This document shows, piece by piece, positions 1 through 12,469 of a stretch of 64,000 nt of DNA. The notes under the pieces are model-generated. The model saw only the letters and a program-made list of their open reading frames with translations. It searched no databases and was not told where the DNA came from. Source of the stretch: Octopus vulgaris (Eukaryota); assembly GCA_951406725.2 (NCBI GenBank), contig OX597827.1, forward strand, positions 38,998,001-39,062,000, written 5' to 3'. A program made the translations under genes and the position numbers. How positions within the stretch are numbered: the stretch's first letter is position 1; every line of letters begins with the position of its first letter.

Positions 1-60
1 CCCAGTGCGTAACTGGTACTTATTTAATCGACCCCGAAAGGATGAAAGGCAAAGTTGACC
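1..60 (-). mobile_element. tRNA-derived SINE fragment (Meta/MESC-like core), truncated by window edge
   Basis: Reverse complement reads ggtcaactttgcctttcatcctttcggggtcgattaaataagtaccag; the same core recurs many times in the window. Confidence 0.8.
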
Positions 61-329
61 TCTCTCTTTCTATCTACCTACCACTATTCATCAATACACA
101 TATGTATACATGCACATACACATATGTATGTGTGTGTGTATGTATATATATATATATACACACACATATATACTTACATATATATATACACACACACATA
201 TACATACATATATATATACACACACACACACATACATAAATACATACACACACACATATATATATATACATATATATACGTATATAAAAATGATATTTTA
301 TAGCTCCAAATGATTTTTTTATTCTCTCT

Positions 330-478
330 CTATTTATTTCCTCGTGTTCCTTTCTCTTGAAGAGCATAGGCTCGAAACGTAAAAGATTTTCTCACCTTCC
401 CGAGTGTTAAACGAATACACCTGTTTGTTGTTTATACACCTGTCTTCGTCTGTTGTTTTTCTGTAAATTTCAACCACA
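330..478 (+). mobile_element. Penelope-like pLTR remnant with degenerate hammerhead motif (350-385)
   Basis: cttt-ctcttga-a-gagc(atag)gctc-gaaa-cg-ta-aaag has minimal type I hammerhead layout with a mutated core; related copies at 33.9 kb and 38.8 kb. Confidence 0.55.
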
Positions 479-735
479 TATATACATATACACACGCACA
501 CACACATATATGTATATACACACACACACACACATATATATACACATATATTTATATACATACACACACATATATATACACATATATTTATATACATACA
601 CACATATATATACGGACGTTAAATGATGATGGTATATACACACACATACATAACATAATAGATATGCGTATATATAAAAGTGTATGTGTGACGTCTGTAG
701 TACATACACGTACTCACGCACATAGGCGTGCATAC

Positions 736-891
736 CTTTATCGTACCCCCTCCCTTCAAGACACATAGAAATTCAAGTTCATTAATCAAATAACATATAA
801 CTGAAGTACGGCAAGCTGTTTCCCTTGATACTTTCATTAGGCAATTCACTGCGATATAGATATTAGAGACAGGATCCCCGGTAAATACCAT
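736..891 (-). CDS. Candidate first coding exon of an unidentified gene (MVFTGDPVSNIY...GGGTIK, 52 codons)
   Basis: Non-repetitive island; acceptor tatacag| before 915, Kozak-like gccATGg at 891, upstream in-frame stop, open frame to phase-0 donor AAG|gtatgc at 736; no recognisable domain. Confidence 0.25.
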
Positions 892-3487
892 GGCTGACAC
901 CCTCTGTTACGGGCGCTGTATAACATACATGTACACACACACACGCATACACAGAATGTACGCTGAATATCTTACTATTTCTTATACTTAGATGTGATGG
1001 AGAGGGTGACTGAATGAGATACGTATATTATACTAGTGATCGATATATTAGTATCGATGTAATCGAAATGGTGAAGGTATATGCATACGTGTGTGTGTAC
1101 ATTATATATATATATGTATGTATGTATGTATATGTGTATGTATGTATGTAAAATTTTAAAAAGTAAAAGTGAATTAAAGTTTCTTGAAAAATCAGTTTCC
1201 TAAGTCATCGAGGTTCGAACAGCGATGACGGGGGGGGGGGATACGTGTAACATCCAACAAAACAGTTAAGTAAACGTTAAGAATATTATTTGATAATTCG
1301 GTTCCGCTTAAACTAGATAAGTAAAGGTGCATGAGAAAGGTATCAACAGCACAACACGTCCATTCTAGTCCCCCAAATAAAGAAAAGCCCTTGTGAAAAA
1401 GTCAAACGGAAATATTTCTATAAAAAAAAAAGTAGCCTGAGGTCTGAAAATTTCGACGGAATTCAACGACCGAAAAAAATGGTATGACATCCGAATGGAG
1501 TAGGGACTTGGTAGTGTACTTTCCTTATTTTTTTACTAAACACACACACACAATTTATAGACTAGGGACAAAGAAAGGAATCTACATTTTCTGGGGTTAG
1601 GATTTTTTTGAGAGGGATTATGATGTTGGATGCGCCTCAAGTGTAAAGAAGCGGCTCTATCTGCGTTAAGAAACCTGGACCCACAAATGTGAGAATTACA
1701 TATTTATATGAATTTACACAATATATTACCGGTGTATGTGTTAGTATATGTACAATAATTCCATTCGTGTAGAGAGAGGGGGGGGAGATTTGTACAAATA
1801 CAAATAATTAATGTGAATATATATGTTAGAATATAAATGTATACACATATACGTACGTCAATATACAAACCTATATATATATATATATAGGTTGGTATAC
1901 TGACGTACATGTGTGTGTATATATATATATACATACATATACACAGATACTCACAAACTATGAATACATACACACACACACATAGCTATTGTTTATTTTG
2001 TTTTAGATTTCTTTTGACTTGTGTGATATCTATATTTCTCTTTAGGTACGAGAAAGGACATTTTTGGAGGTGCCAAGACGTTCATTCACACTTTCTACAA
2101 GTAACTTTACGTAAGAGCAATAAACGAAATGCAGTAATTCAAGCAAGAATTGAAACCGCGTAACGGTGTCATACCGCCGGGAGCTTATCCCTTGCTCTAT
2201 ATTGCCTTTGACATCCTTACCAGTCACACTAAAATGCTAAGTGGTAACAAATTGCATTAAAAGGCCATTTTTTTTATTCACGTTTTTCCCTCCGGAAAGA
2301 ATGATGTAGCATTTTAAATATCGGGAAATCTTGTAAAGAAGACTTATTTTCTTCTTTCTTTTTTTTTTTGAACCTTCTTGATATTGTAACACGAATAAAA
2401 GTACGATCAAAGCCACTACACTGCTGATTAATAAACGATCGTTTATTTATTTCTTCTCTTGGCAAATGTAATGATGTTCTTTCATCTAATCACACTTCTT
2501 TGCCTATATAATCATTCAATCGAATAGACCACTTATATATATATTATATATATATATGGTTTCTGTATCTGTTCTTATCAATATACTTTAGTTAATCGGT
2601 GTAATTAAATCATTATTTACTTGTTTGATATGAAGCATGAGGCTCATTCTTTTTCTTGTCTCCCCCCCTCCCCTCAGCATTTTCACAATGGGATAAGTTT
2701 GAAACGATAATCTCAAATTGCCTGACGTTCAAACGTTTCTTGTAAAGAGTGCAGCGTATGTGTAAGTCAGCGATGTGAATTGATTCCAACCGGGGATCGA
2801 ACCTGGATCGCAGGCTTAAGTGAGCCCCTCCCCTTCCCATCCTCTTGCTTCAAACAGTGAGGGTCTTATTTTAATGATCATTAATATTTAGCTGCCTAAA
2901 AACGCCAATTACAATCATATACGCACGCACTCTTACACACATATATAGGCACACATTTAATGATGTACATAGATTTCGAATAAAGTTATTCCATTCGGAT
3001 GCGTGTTTGTGTATATTATATATTTTACATTCATATTACTTGACTTCTTTATGAATTTTTATGATCATCGTCAAAACCTTTTATAAAGACCGTTAAACCA
3101 ACACAATAAACAATGAAGAAAGAAACCTTTCATTAAAACGAAACCCTCCGCCTCCCTCACTAATAATCCTTCCTTCCTCTTCGCCTTTCCTCTTTCCTCT
3201 CCTCTCACTGTCTGTCTATCTCAGTCTCTCCCCCCCTCTCTCTCTATACGACGAAATAAAAGAGGGGGGATGTAATAAACATAACCTACAGGAGGGAAGG
3301 TGTGAGGAGATGCATTAACTACCTCCCCTCCATCCTCCACATAACTCTTTTTGTTTTCACACTTTCATTAAAGAAAATAAACAAATAAATAAATCATTAA
3401 TAAAATATAATTAAACAAATCGGAAACAGATATATTTTGAAATTGAGTGTTCTTTTTTAAAAAAAAATTAGGGAAAAAAATACTTAC

Positions 3488-3890
3488 AAGATAAAGGATA
3501 GATCTTCACCAAGAAAGAAAAGTACAAAATCGGAGGAAACGAGTTCCTCCCAAAGGGGAAAAAAAGGCGCAGTGAAACGATGATTGAAAAAATCCGTTTA
3601 AAAAAGCATTTGTGTTATAATTTCTTGATGAGCGTTTAAGGTCTGTTTGTCTGTTCAATGAATACGTTATATGTGTGTTTTTTTAATGGTGTTGAAGTCG
3701 GTGTGCCGTCCGTCAAGCCGCTTGGTGAGTGGCACTTCAACAACATGGGAGTGATGTCGGCAGCGACGACGGCGACAGAGGCTACGACATGGTACAACAT
3801 ACACACATACATGAGCCGAGCATGCCGGGATTGCAGTGGCAAACACCAACAGCGACCGAGTGAACCACGAAAGGAGGGGAGGGGCAAAGA
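3488..3890 (-). other. Candidate non-coding 5' exon / promoter-proximal region
   Basis: CpG-containing unique sequence ending in donor TT|GTAAGTAT at 3488/3487, preceded on the minus strand by (CT)n and a long pyrimidine tract. Confidence 0.3.
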
Positions 3891-3899
3891 GAAAGTGTA

Positions 3900-3907
3900 A
3901 GACTGAG

Positions 3908-3944
<37 letters not shown>

Positions 3945-6250
3945 AGGAGATGCGTAAGTGTCAGACTGAGAGAGGGAGAAAGAGTGTGTGTGTGTTTGTG
4001 AGAGAGAATGTGTGAGACAAAGAAAGAGAGCGTGAGAGGGAGAAAGGGAGACAAAGAGAGTATGAAAGAGAGAGAAAAAGAAAGTGTGAAAGAGCAGAAG
4101 ATGCGTAAGTATCAGACTGAGAGAGGAAGAGTGTGTGTAAAAAGGCAGAGTATGTGAGATGGAGAGAGAAAGAGAAAGCGAGAGTTAACAGAGAAAATAG
4201 AAAGATATAAAGTGTATGTGTAAGAGAGAGAGAGAGAGTGAGTGTGTAGCAATGATGGGGCGAAGGTACAGGAAAATAGTTAGAGATAGGAGGAGAGAGA
4301 AGTTATGATGAGGAAAAGGTTCAGGAAATTAGAGTTAAAAACAGAGAGAGAGAGACGCGGTAATGAGGCGAAGGTGCAGGAAAAACAGTCCAGGTGTGAG
4401 GAGAGTTAGAACTAGAGAAAGAAAGGAAATAAAAAGCAGCAATAATGAGGCAAAGATGCAGGAAAAAACACAGTTTCTAGGTGTGAGGAGAGTTACAAAG
4501 AGAAAGAAAGAGAGAGGGAGGGAGAGTCTGAGCCGTGAAGGATGAGGCATGTAAATATGTAAAACAAAAACCATGAAAAAGTAATAAAAGAAGAGGGTGG
4601 AGAAAGAAAGAAAAATAGTATAATGTCAGAGTGTGAAATACATTAGAGAGAAAAAGAGAAACAGGGGAAGAAACAGAGAAGTATGTAAGTAATATAAAAA
4701 AAGTGCCTGTGAAGCGAGGGACAAGAGGTAAGGAGGAGGAACAGAAATACGAAAAGCATTTAGATGTGAGGAAGGAGAATCGAAAGAGTAGAAGTATAAG
4801 ACGAAGGAGGAGGCGTGGTGAGGGAGAGAAACGAAAAGCATGTGGATGGGAAACAAAAGTGAGAGAAAGAGTAAAGAGTAAAGAAAGAGAGAGAAGAAAG
4901 GCAATTGGGTGTGAAGAAAAAGAGAGGGAAAGGAGAAGAGACAGAGGGAAAGTTCAGAGACAGAAAAAAAGAGGAAATGAGAAGGGGAATGTAAGTAAGG
5001 ACGTCTAAGAGAGAGAGAGGAGAAAAATCAGTGATACAAAAAAAGGAAGAAAAGGAGTGGAAAAAGAAGTATCAAAGGAGTGAGAAACAGAGAAAGAAGG
5101 AAGAAGAGAAGGTAAAAAACGTAATAAAAACGACCGAGTGGGAAAGTTCAGAGACGGACAGGAAGTACAAAAGGGGCGGAGGGAAACAGAAACCGCTTAT
5201 GTGAAAGAAGAGACAGGCATAGGAGAGAAGGGAGAAGGCGTAAAAGTGAAGAGAGAGTGGCAGAAGAGCATACTAATCAAAGAGTGAGAAAAAGAGTGGT
5301 AGGAAAAGTGAAGGACTGTAGGTGTAAGGAGAGGAGCAGGCGAGAAACGGATGGGGAAGAGAAGCATGTAAAATAAAAGAAAGTAAGGAAGAAAAGTGAG
5401 ATAAGACACTGTGAAGAGAATAGGAGTGGAAGAAACAGTAAGGGGAGGAGGAAAGCTCAGAAAAGAAAATATATGGAGATATTGCCAGAGACGGAAAAAG
5501 AGATAGAATGTAGAACTAGAGGAGTGAGGGAGAGCAGTAGTAAGAGGAACGAAGGTACAGAGGAAACGACGAAAAGATTGGACCACCCCCTCTGTCAAAA
5601 GAAAAAGAGGAAGAGTGGAACGGAGAAACGAAGGTGCAAGGGAAAAAACAAAAGGGGTTGCGGAAAGAGATTAAGAAACATAAACAATGGAGAATCTATA
5701 TAAGAACATTAGAGACAGGGGGTAAAAAAAATGCATGATGATTTAGAGAGAGAGCTGAAAATGTAGTGGGAGTGAGAAAGCTCTAGCAAACGAATGTGAG
5801 AGAGCGCGCACGAAAAAGTAAAATGTAAAGAATGAATGAGGGAAGAGAAAAGGTAAAGAAGAGTAAAAGAGGGCTGCAGAGTGTGGGAGAAGGGAGAAAA
5901 GAATCAGAGAAAGAGAGAGAGAGAGAGAAAAAAGATAAGGGAAACTGTAGTAAGGGAAAAGCATGAAAGAAGTAAAGGAGAGTAAAAAGAAAGGCTAAAT
6001 AATAATGTGGCGACAGTATAGAAAACAGTAGGAAGGAATAAGAGGAAAGAGAAAGAGAAAAATGTATATATATATATATACATACAGGGAAAAAGGTTAG
6101 GATACTAGAGAGAGGGAGAGAGAGACATAAGAAGTCAGAGGGAGGAGAGTGAGAAAACAAGGCGAGTTGAAGGATGGATATATATATATATATATGTGAA
6201 GTGTATAAAAAATAGTAGGTTGGTAACGGAAGAGGAAACCGATATGTAAA
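3900..6250. repeat. About 2.3 kb purine-rich (GA) low-complexity tract with short degenerate tandem units
   Basis: Strong A/G bias on plus strand; repeated aatgaggc(g/a)aag(g/a)tgcaggaaaaa and gatgcgtaagt.tcagactgagagagg motifs. Confidence 0.9.
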
Positions 6251-6959
6251 AAGATGGAGAGAACCGAAAATATTTTTTTAAAAAATAAGGTTTTTTTACA
6301 CTCGCAAACACCGTTTATTATATACATATAAGCATATACAAAGAGAAAGACAAATTATACATGTGTGTGTATATCATTTATATCACATATCACATTTTCC
6401 TCTTTCTTTCTTCTCACCCTGTCGCCCCTCTCATACCCAGCACACGCATACATACATTATTTATAAAAGATAGATATGTACTTTATGAGCCCAAATATAT
6501 AAAGGATATATGCACTATTAAGAGGTACCAATTTATATTATTCTTTCTCTCATTCATAGTTTATAATAGTATAGTATAATTATAGTATAGTCTAATATAT
6601 CACACATAATATATACGTGTGTATGTGAGTGTGTATATGTATATCGTGACAGAAAGATTGACAGAAACAAAGAGGTTGATAGAGATCTACAGAGAAAGGA
6701 GGAAAAGTGGCTGGTAGTAGATAAAAAGAGAAGCAGAATATTGAAGGAGACAGAGAGGGGAGAAGCATGTAAAAAGCAGGTAGTGTAAAACAGGCTGAAA
6801 AAGGTGCAGGCGGAGGAGGAAGCTGGATAAAGGAGAAGGAGGATGTGGAAGAGGGGGGTACAATGATGTATGTATAAACAATATTATATACATACTGATA
6901 TATCTCATGTATTATATACAATGAAAACCTGGGTATGTCCTTTGGGCTTACTATCACCA

Positions 6960-6989
6960 ACTTATATATATACTGCGTGAAAGTATATT

Positions 6990-7037
<48 letters not shown>

Positions 7038-7154
7038 GGTGGGGGAGGGGGTGTATATGTATACATGTATATATATAGCTGATGTGTGTGTATATATATA
7101 TATATATATATACATACATCTATCTATATATTTGTATACACACACACATATATG

Positions 7155-7223
<69 letters not shown>

Positions 7224-7399
7224 TACATTATATATATACATACATACATACATATATACACATATATACACATACAATATATATATGATATATATTATAT
7301 ATATATAACATGATCTCTCTCTTTCTCTCTCTATCTATTTATCTATCTATCTATATGTGTGTATGTATACATACACACTATATTTTATTTATATGTATG

Positions 7400-7446
<47 letters not shown>

Positions 7447-7447
7447 C

Positions 7448-7509
<62 letters not shown>

Positions 7510-7604
7510 GTATGTATGTATTTACTGTAATATATATACATATATAATACATATTTGTAAATAATATATATGTATTATTGATACATATATACATGTATAC
7601 ATAT

Positions 7605-7635
<31 letters not shown>

Positions 7636-7830
7636 CACATACATATATGAATACACACACATATATATACAGATATGAATATGCATACATATACGTACAT
7701 ATAAATGAATATACATATGTACATAAATACATACATATATATGTGTGTGTGTATATTTATGTACGTATGTATATTCATTTATATGTATGCATATTCATAT
7801 ATATACTTATTCATATATATATATGATTTA
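6960..7830. repeat. Compound (TA)n/(CA)n/(TACA)n/(CT)n microsatellite block
   Basis: Directly visible; similar blocks at 95-290, 480-660, 8415-8860, 21130-21440, 24745-25380, 62040-62500. Confidence 0.95.
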
Positions 7831-8530
7831 GCCAAGACCATGCTGTAGCACTGCCTTTAAGTATTACATTTTATACACGAGAGCATATGTATCAATGTAC
7901 TTACTAAAAAAAAAAGAGAGAGAAAAAGAACTAAACAAACTTCGCCTTACAACAGATTTTGAGTGGAACGAACGGTGTGTAGAATGGAAAGTGGAAAAAT
8001 AGGGGAGTGGAAATGTTAGCCAAGCCACTGGGATAAATGTATGCGTTACGTTGTTATTGAAAAGAAAGGTGGTCGGGAGACAGATTGTTTAGGAAAAAGA
8101 AAAAGTAACTAACAAGCATACAAAAAAAACCCCCCCGAAATTGCTGTCATCTGTTTATGGAAAAGTAAAGCTAGTTTTCTCATCCCAAACATATGTAAAA
8201 ACTCAAATATGATAAAAAACAACAACAATAAAAAAACCCTTTGGGAAGACATTTTTACAGTTAGATATAAAGATGAAGTGTGACTAGTAAACTGTGAGTT
8301 GAAGTAAGGTGGGAGAGGGTTAAACCAGAAAAATGGAGAAAAAAAATCCTTGCCGTAGAGAAGTGAGCAGAAGTGGGAGAAAGCCTAATCATTTTCAGTA
8401 GTCGGAGATAGGAATTATACATACATACATACATACATACATGTATATATTTCACACACACACATACACACACACACGTATATATACACATACATATACA
8501 TATACTAATATGCACACACACACACACACA

Positions 8531-8576
<46 letters not shown>

Positions 8577-8793
8577 CATACACACATTTGTGCATGTGTA
8601 TGTATATATATATGTATATATATGTATGTATACCTGTGTATCTACACGCGCATGCACACGCACACACACACACACACACCTCACTCTCATCAGTTCAGCT
8701 AGTGAGCTGTAACCATGCTTTGCATAAATATAAATGCATGCCCAAGTGCATACTTATATATTACATTTTTGTATGTACACACACATATATAAA

Positions 8794-8849
<56 letters not shown>

Positions 8850-9149
8850 ATGTATGTATGCAAGAGAGAAGGTTTTATATATAGATATTAATTATTTCAT
8901 ATAGGTGTAAAACGATTGCTCATGATATATGCAGATAAAAATTCATTACATGAGAAAGAGTAGACAAAAATCACCCACTAGAATCGAACCGTGAGTCTGC
9001 TTCAGACTGGACGGCAGCAATATCACTGCAGCAGAGAGACTTACTGCTTTTAACCGTGAAATTAGAAGCTTTAATCTTGCAAGCGAGAAAGAAATTTTAT
9101 TTTAGATCGTATTTTGAAGTTCTGAGAAGTTTGAAAATAGGTCTTTTTA

Positions 9150-9930
9150 CAAAGTGCTAGCTAGCCGATTCAATTTAATTCTCTGTGTTCTGATGTTGCC
9201 AATGATAACCCTTTGTATTTGCAGACCTGAGAGGTTCTCTTCTTATTTGTTCTACCATGTGTTCAAGGGTTTGGAAAGTCTTGGTGAATGCCAACCTTAC
9301 GGAGTGACTGGGTGGTCTTATTACACGGTTGAGCCATCTCAGTCTCTTCTCTCTTATAATCTCAGTTATGGTGTCTGTCATTTGAAGAGCTTTATTATAG
9401 AAATACTTCTACGTCTGTCTAGTAATGATATCCTTAATATAGACTGCAATTTGCATGTGTCTGAGACATAGATTACGATCTGGAAAAAGAAGCTGTAAAA
9501 CCTAACTTTGTATCATTGGCTGATATCCCGACAGTTCCAGATCGTGTTTCTTAGTCTTCCAAACACCTTAGATGCTAGTGTCACCCTTCTTTTCACATTT
9601 CACAATCTATTTGCCTGTGTACAGCTGAGAAACAATCTGTTTGTTTTCTGGCAGTACAGAGCTGCCGAGAAACAGAATTATCAAATTGTGTGATTCTGAA
9701 ATAGAACACAATATTGCTCTACTTCAGAACACTCTTGTGTTCTACTTCAAAACCATGCAATGTGATAATTTCTTTGCTACTTGGTAGTATTTGGCACATC
9801 ACACCGTTTATCTTCATTCTCCATTCTTTTCACATGCTTCGACTAACTGTTCAGTGGATATTTTCAACTAGTCAAAAAATCGTTGATGGAAAAGGCAGTA
9901 AAAAGAATAATGAAATCGTAAAATCTCTGG
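9150..9930 (-). mobile_element. Decayed RTE-type LINE 3' fragment
   Basis: ORF 9175-9381 contains ITEIIREKRLRWLNRVIR, resembling the RTE C-terminal RLRWLGHVxR motif. Confidence 0.6.
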
Positions 9931-10129
9931 TATAGATGTCATCAATACTGAAGTACTAAAAATAGGAGAAGAGCAAATGGTTAATGTTACTCATAATATT
10001 TAATGCAGTATGAACAGAAATGATACCAAAAGACTGCACTCGTATGCTAATAAAATTAATACATAAAAAGGGTGACAAATCGAAAACTCAATACTGCTGA
10101 GCAATTTCTCTTTTATTAATATTGAGAAG

Positions 10130-10485
10130 AAAGCGCGGTGAGCTGGCAGAATTGTTAGGATGCTGGATAAAATGCTTAGCGGCATTTCTTCTGATTTTAC
10201 GTTCAGAGTTCAAATTCCCCAAAAGTCAACTTTGGGGCTCGATAAAATAAGCATAAGAAGAGTACTGAGGTTGATGTGGTCAACTTACCTGCAACCCTGA
10301 ATTTGTTGGCCTTGTACCAAAATTTGATACTAATAATAGGGGCAGAGGTGAATAAGCCAGGCAAAATGCTCAGCAGCATATCATCTGAGTTCAGTTTCTG
10401 GCACAGTTGATTTTGCCTTTCATCTTTTTGGTGGGGTTGATGAAATAAGTACCAGCTGAGCACTGGGGTCAGTGTAATTGACTTA
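10130..10485 (+). mobile_element. Two tandem Meta-core tRNA-SINE copies
   Basis: gcggtgagctggcagaat head, gagttcaaattcc B-box-like motif, ttttgcctttcatc...aagtaccag core. Confidence 0.75.
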
Positions 10486-10891
10486 CATACATACACACAC
10501 ACACACACATCTATATATATATATATATACATATACATACATATATACATACACATATATATACATCAAATTAGGCAATCGTACTCATACAGTTATAAAT
10601 TCGACTTAAAATGCACATACATATATTAAATACATATCGACACATGTATATTTTTTAAAATAGTTATAAAATATGAATATAAATATACATAAAAATACAT
10701 GTAAATAAAACCCATGTGGGATACGTATGAAAGGAAGTGTGAAAAAATGAGAACTGATAAAAAAATTTTTTTCTACTAAAATTAAGAGCAGTTAAGAGTT
10801 TCAATTAAAAGATCCACAAAAATTTATGTGTTTTTTTTTTTTAAATATATAAATGACATATAAGATATATAATATTGTTCGAGGAAGTCCA

Positions 10892-10982
10892 CTTTCTACG
10901 GCCGTTTCCAGAGTTCATCTGGTAGAAAAATTAATAAAAAATATTACAAACCATGCAGACAAAGTCCCATTCATCAGGAAAG
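10892..10982 (-). ncRNA. Type I hammerhead ribozyme candidate
   Basis: Minus strand: CUUUC-CUGAUGA-[long stem II incl. UUUGUCUG/CAGAUGAA]-GAAA-CGGCCG-UA-GAAAG; stem I CUUUC/GAAAG, palindromic ACGGCCGU stem III, predicted GUA cleavage at 10897/10896. Confidence 0.75.
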
Positions 10983-11141
10983 GTATCCTCATAAAATCAC
11001 ATTCTTGATACTTTGTACAAAAAATTTTTTATCAGTTCTTTTTCTCACACTTTCTTTCATACATATCCAACATAGGTTTTATTTACATGTTTTTTTTTAT
11101 GTATATTCATATTTATAAATATTAAAAAAAATATTCATATA

Positions 11142-11533
11142 GGCACAGGAATGGCTGTGTGGTAAGTAGCTTGTTTACCAACCACATGGTTCCGGGTTCA
11201 GTCCCACTGCGTGGCACCTTGGGCAAGTGTCTTCTACTATAGCCTCGGGCCGACCAAAGCCTTGTGAGTAGACGGAAACTGAAAGAAGCCCGTCGTATAT
11301 ATGTATATATATGTATGTTTGTGTGTCTGTGTTTGTCCCCCTAGCATTGCTTGACAACCGATGCTGGTGTGTTTATGTCCCCGTCACTTAGCAGTTCGGC
11401 AAAAGAGACCGATAGAATATGTACTGGGCTTACAAAGAATAAGTCCCGGGGTCGATTTGCTCGACTAAAGGCGGTGCTCCAGCATGGCCGCAGTCAAATG
11501 ACTGGAACAAGTAAAAGAGTAAAAGAGAAAGAG
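11142..11533 (+). mobile_element. Full-length octopus-type tRNA-derived SINE (CORE-like)
   Basis: tggctgtgtggt A-box, gggttcagtccc B-box, gtggcaccttgggcaagtgtc core, internal (TA/TG) tract, (gtaaaaga)n tail. Confidence 0.9.
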
Positions 11534-11799
11534 TATATGTGTCGATATGTATTAATATATGTATGCACATTTTAAGTCGAATTTATAACTGTAAGAGTAT
11601 GATTGCCTAATTTGAGTTTATATCTTAATTCCTATCTTTTTTCTCGGGTTCAACCCCAGGACTTCTTAAGCAGTTCTATATTTTTCATAAGAAAGGACAA
11701 TAATATTATATATACATATATATAGTTTATATCCAGCTAAATGAAGAAAAGTAAATGGAGAGTAGAAAGTTAATAATTATTTATTCTTAACAATTTGGT

Positions 11800-11894
11800 C
11801 ATCTTACAGCCATTTCAATTAATACTCAATAATTTAATTACAAATTTGTGCATTAAATTTGCATGCAACATGAGCATAATTTCATCAGAGAATG
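11800..11894 (-). ncRNA. Type I hammerhead ribozyme candidate (degenerate stem III) in a Penelope-like terminal remnant
   Basis: Minus strand: CAUUCU-CUGAUGA-AAUUAUGCUCA...UGAGUAUUAAUU-GAAA-UGGCUG-UA-AGAUG. Confidence 0.6.
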
Positions 11895-12140
11895 TTACAT
11901 GCCGACCTATCAGTTCATTTCCGCAGACTCATTCCCCAATAATACTAGGTATTGAACCAGTATTTCTTTAGATGTAACAATCCCTTTGCAAGGTTAACAT
12001 ATCCCCTAAATGAATATCACGTGATCACGTGACCAACCAGACCATCAGATGTTGTTACACATCGCTGGTCACAATGCGTTCGCATTGTTTTAGCCTTCGA
12101 ATGACGCCACCCCGCTGGCTAAGCGAGCAGGCCAAAATGA

Positions 12141-12171
<31 letters not shown>

Positions 12172-12382
12172 AACAATGAAGGGTAACTGTGGTTTTGAGC
12201 TGTTTTGACTGCTATCTTTAGCATGCTGGTGCTACAAGTAGTACCATTCGTTATTAATTGATAATTTTGCCTTAATGGTTCTTTTGTGCATGCTAACTGA
12301 TATGATAGTAAATTATTAACAGTAATATCCTTATATATGTATGTGTGTGTGTATACATATATATGTATATATATTCATACAT

Positions 12383-12416
<34 letters not shown>

Positions 12417-12429
12417 GTATGAATATATG

Positions 12430-12466
<37 letters not shown>

Positions 12467-12469
<3 letters not shown>

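Larger units (their letters stand above)
10566..11615 (-). mobile_element. Penelope-like non-autonomous element with about 200-bp inverted arms; right arm interrupted by a SINE
   Basis: 10566-10771 is an inverted copy of 11019-11140 plus 11534-11615; a hammerhead motif lies in the spacer. Confidence 0.65.

Noticed and set aside
2046-2110. Possible plus-strand mini-exon (tctctttag|...|gtaaga)
   Set aside because: No partner exons or recognisable peptide; such sites arise by chance in AT-rich DNA
2780-2830. tRNA-like T-arm GGTTCGATCCCC on minus
   Set aside because: No A-box, anticodon arm or acceptor stem; not called as tRNA
4335-6327. R/K/E-rich and L/F/S-rich ORFs resembling basic or membrane proteins
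   Set aside because: By-product of the purine/pyrimidine-skewed tract
42-8884. Numerous YI/HT/CV-rich ORFs (also throughout the window)
   Set aside because: Translations of (TA)n, (CA)n and (TACA)n microsatellites that lack stop codons; no coding signal
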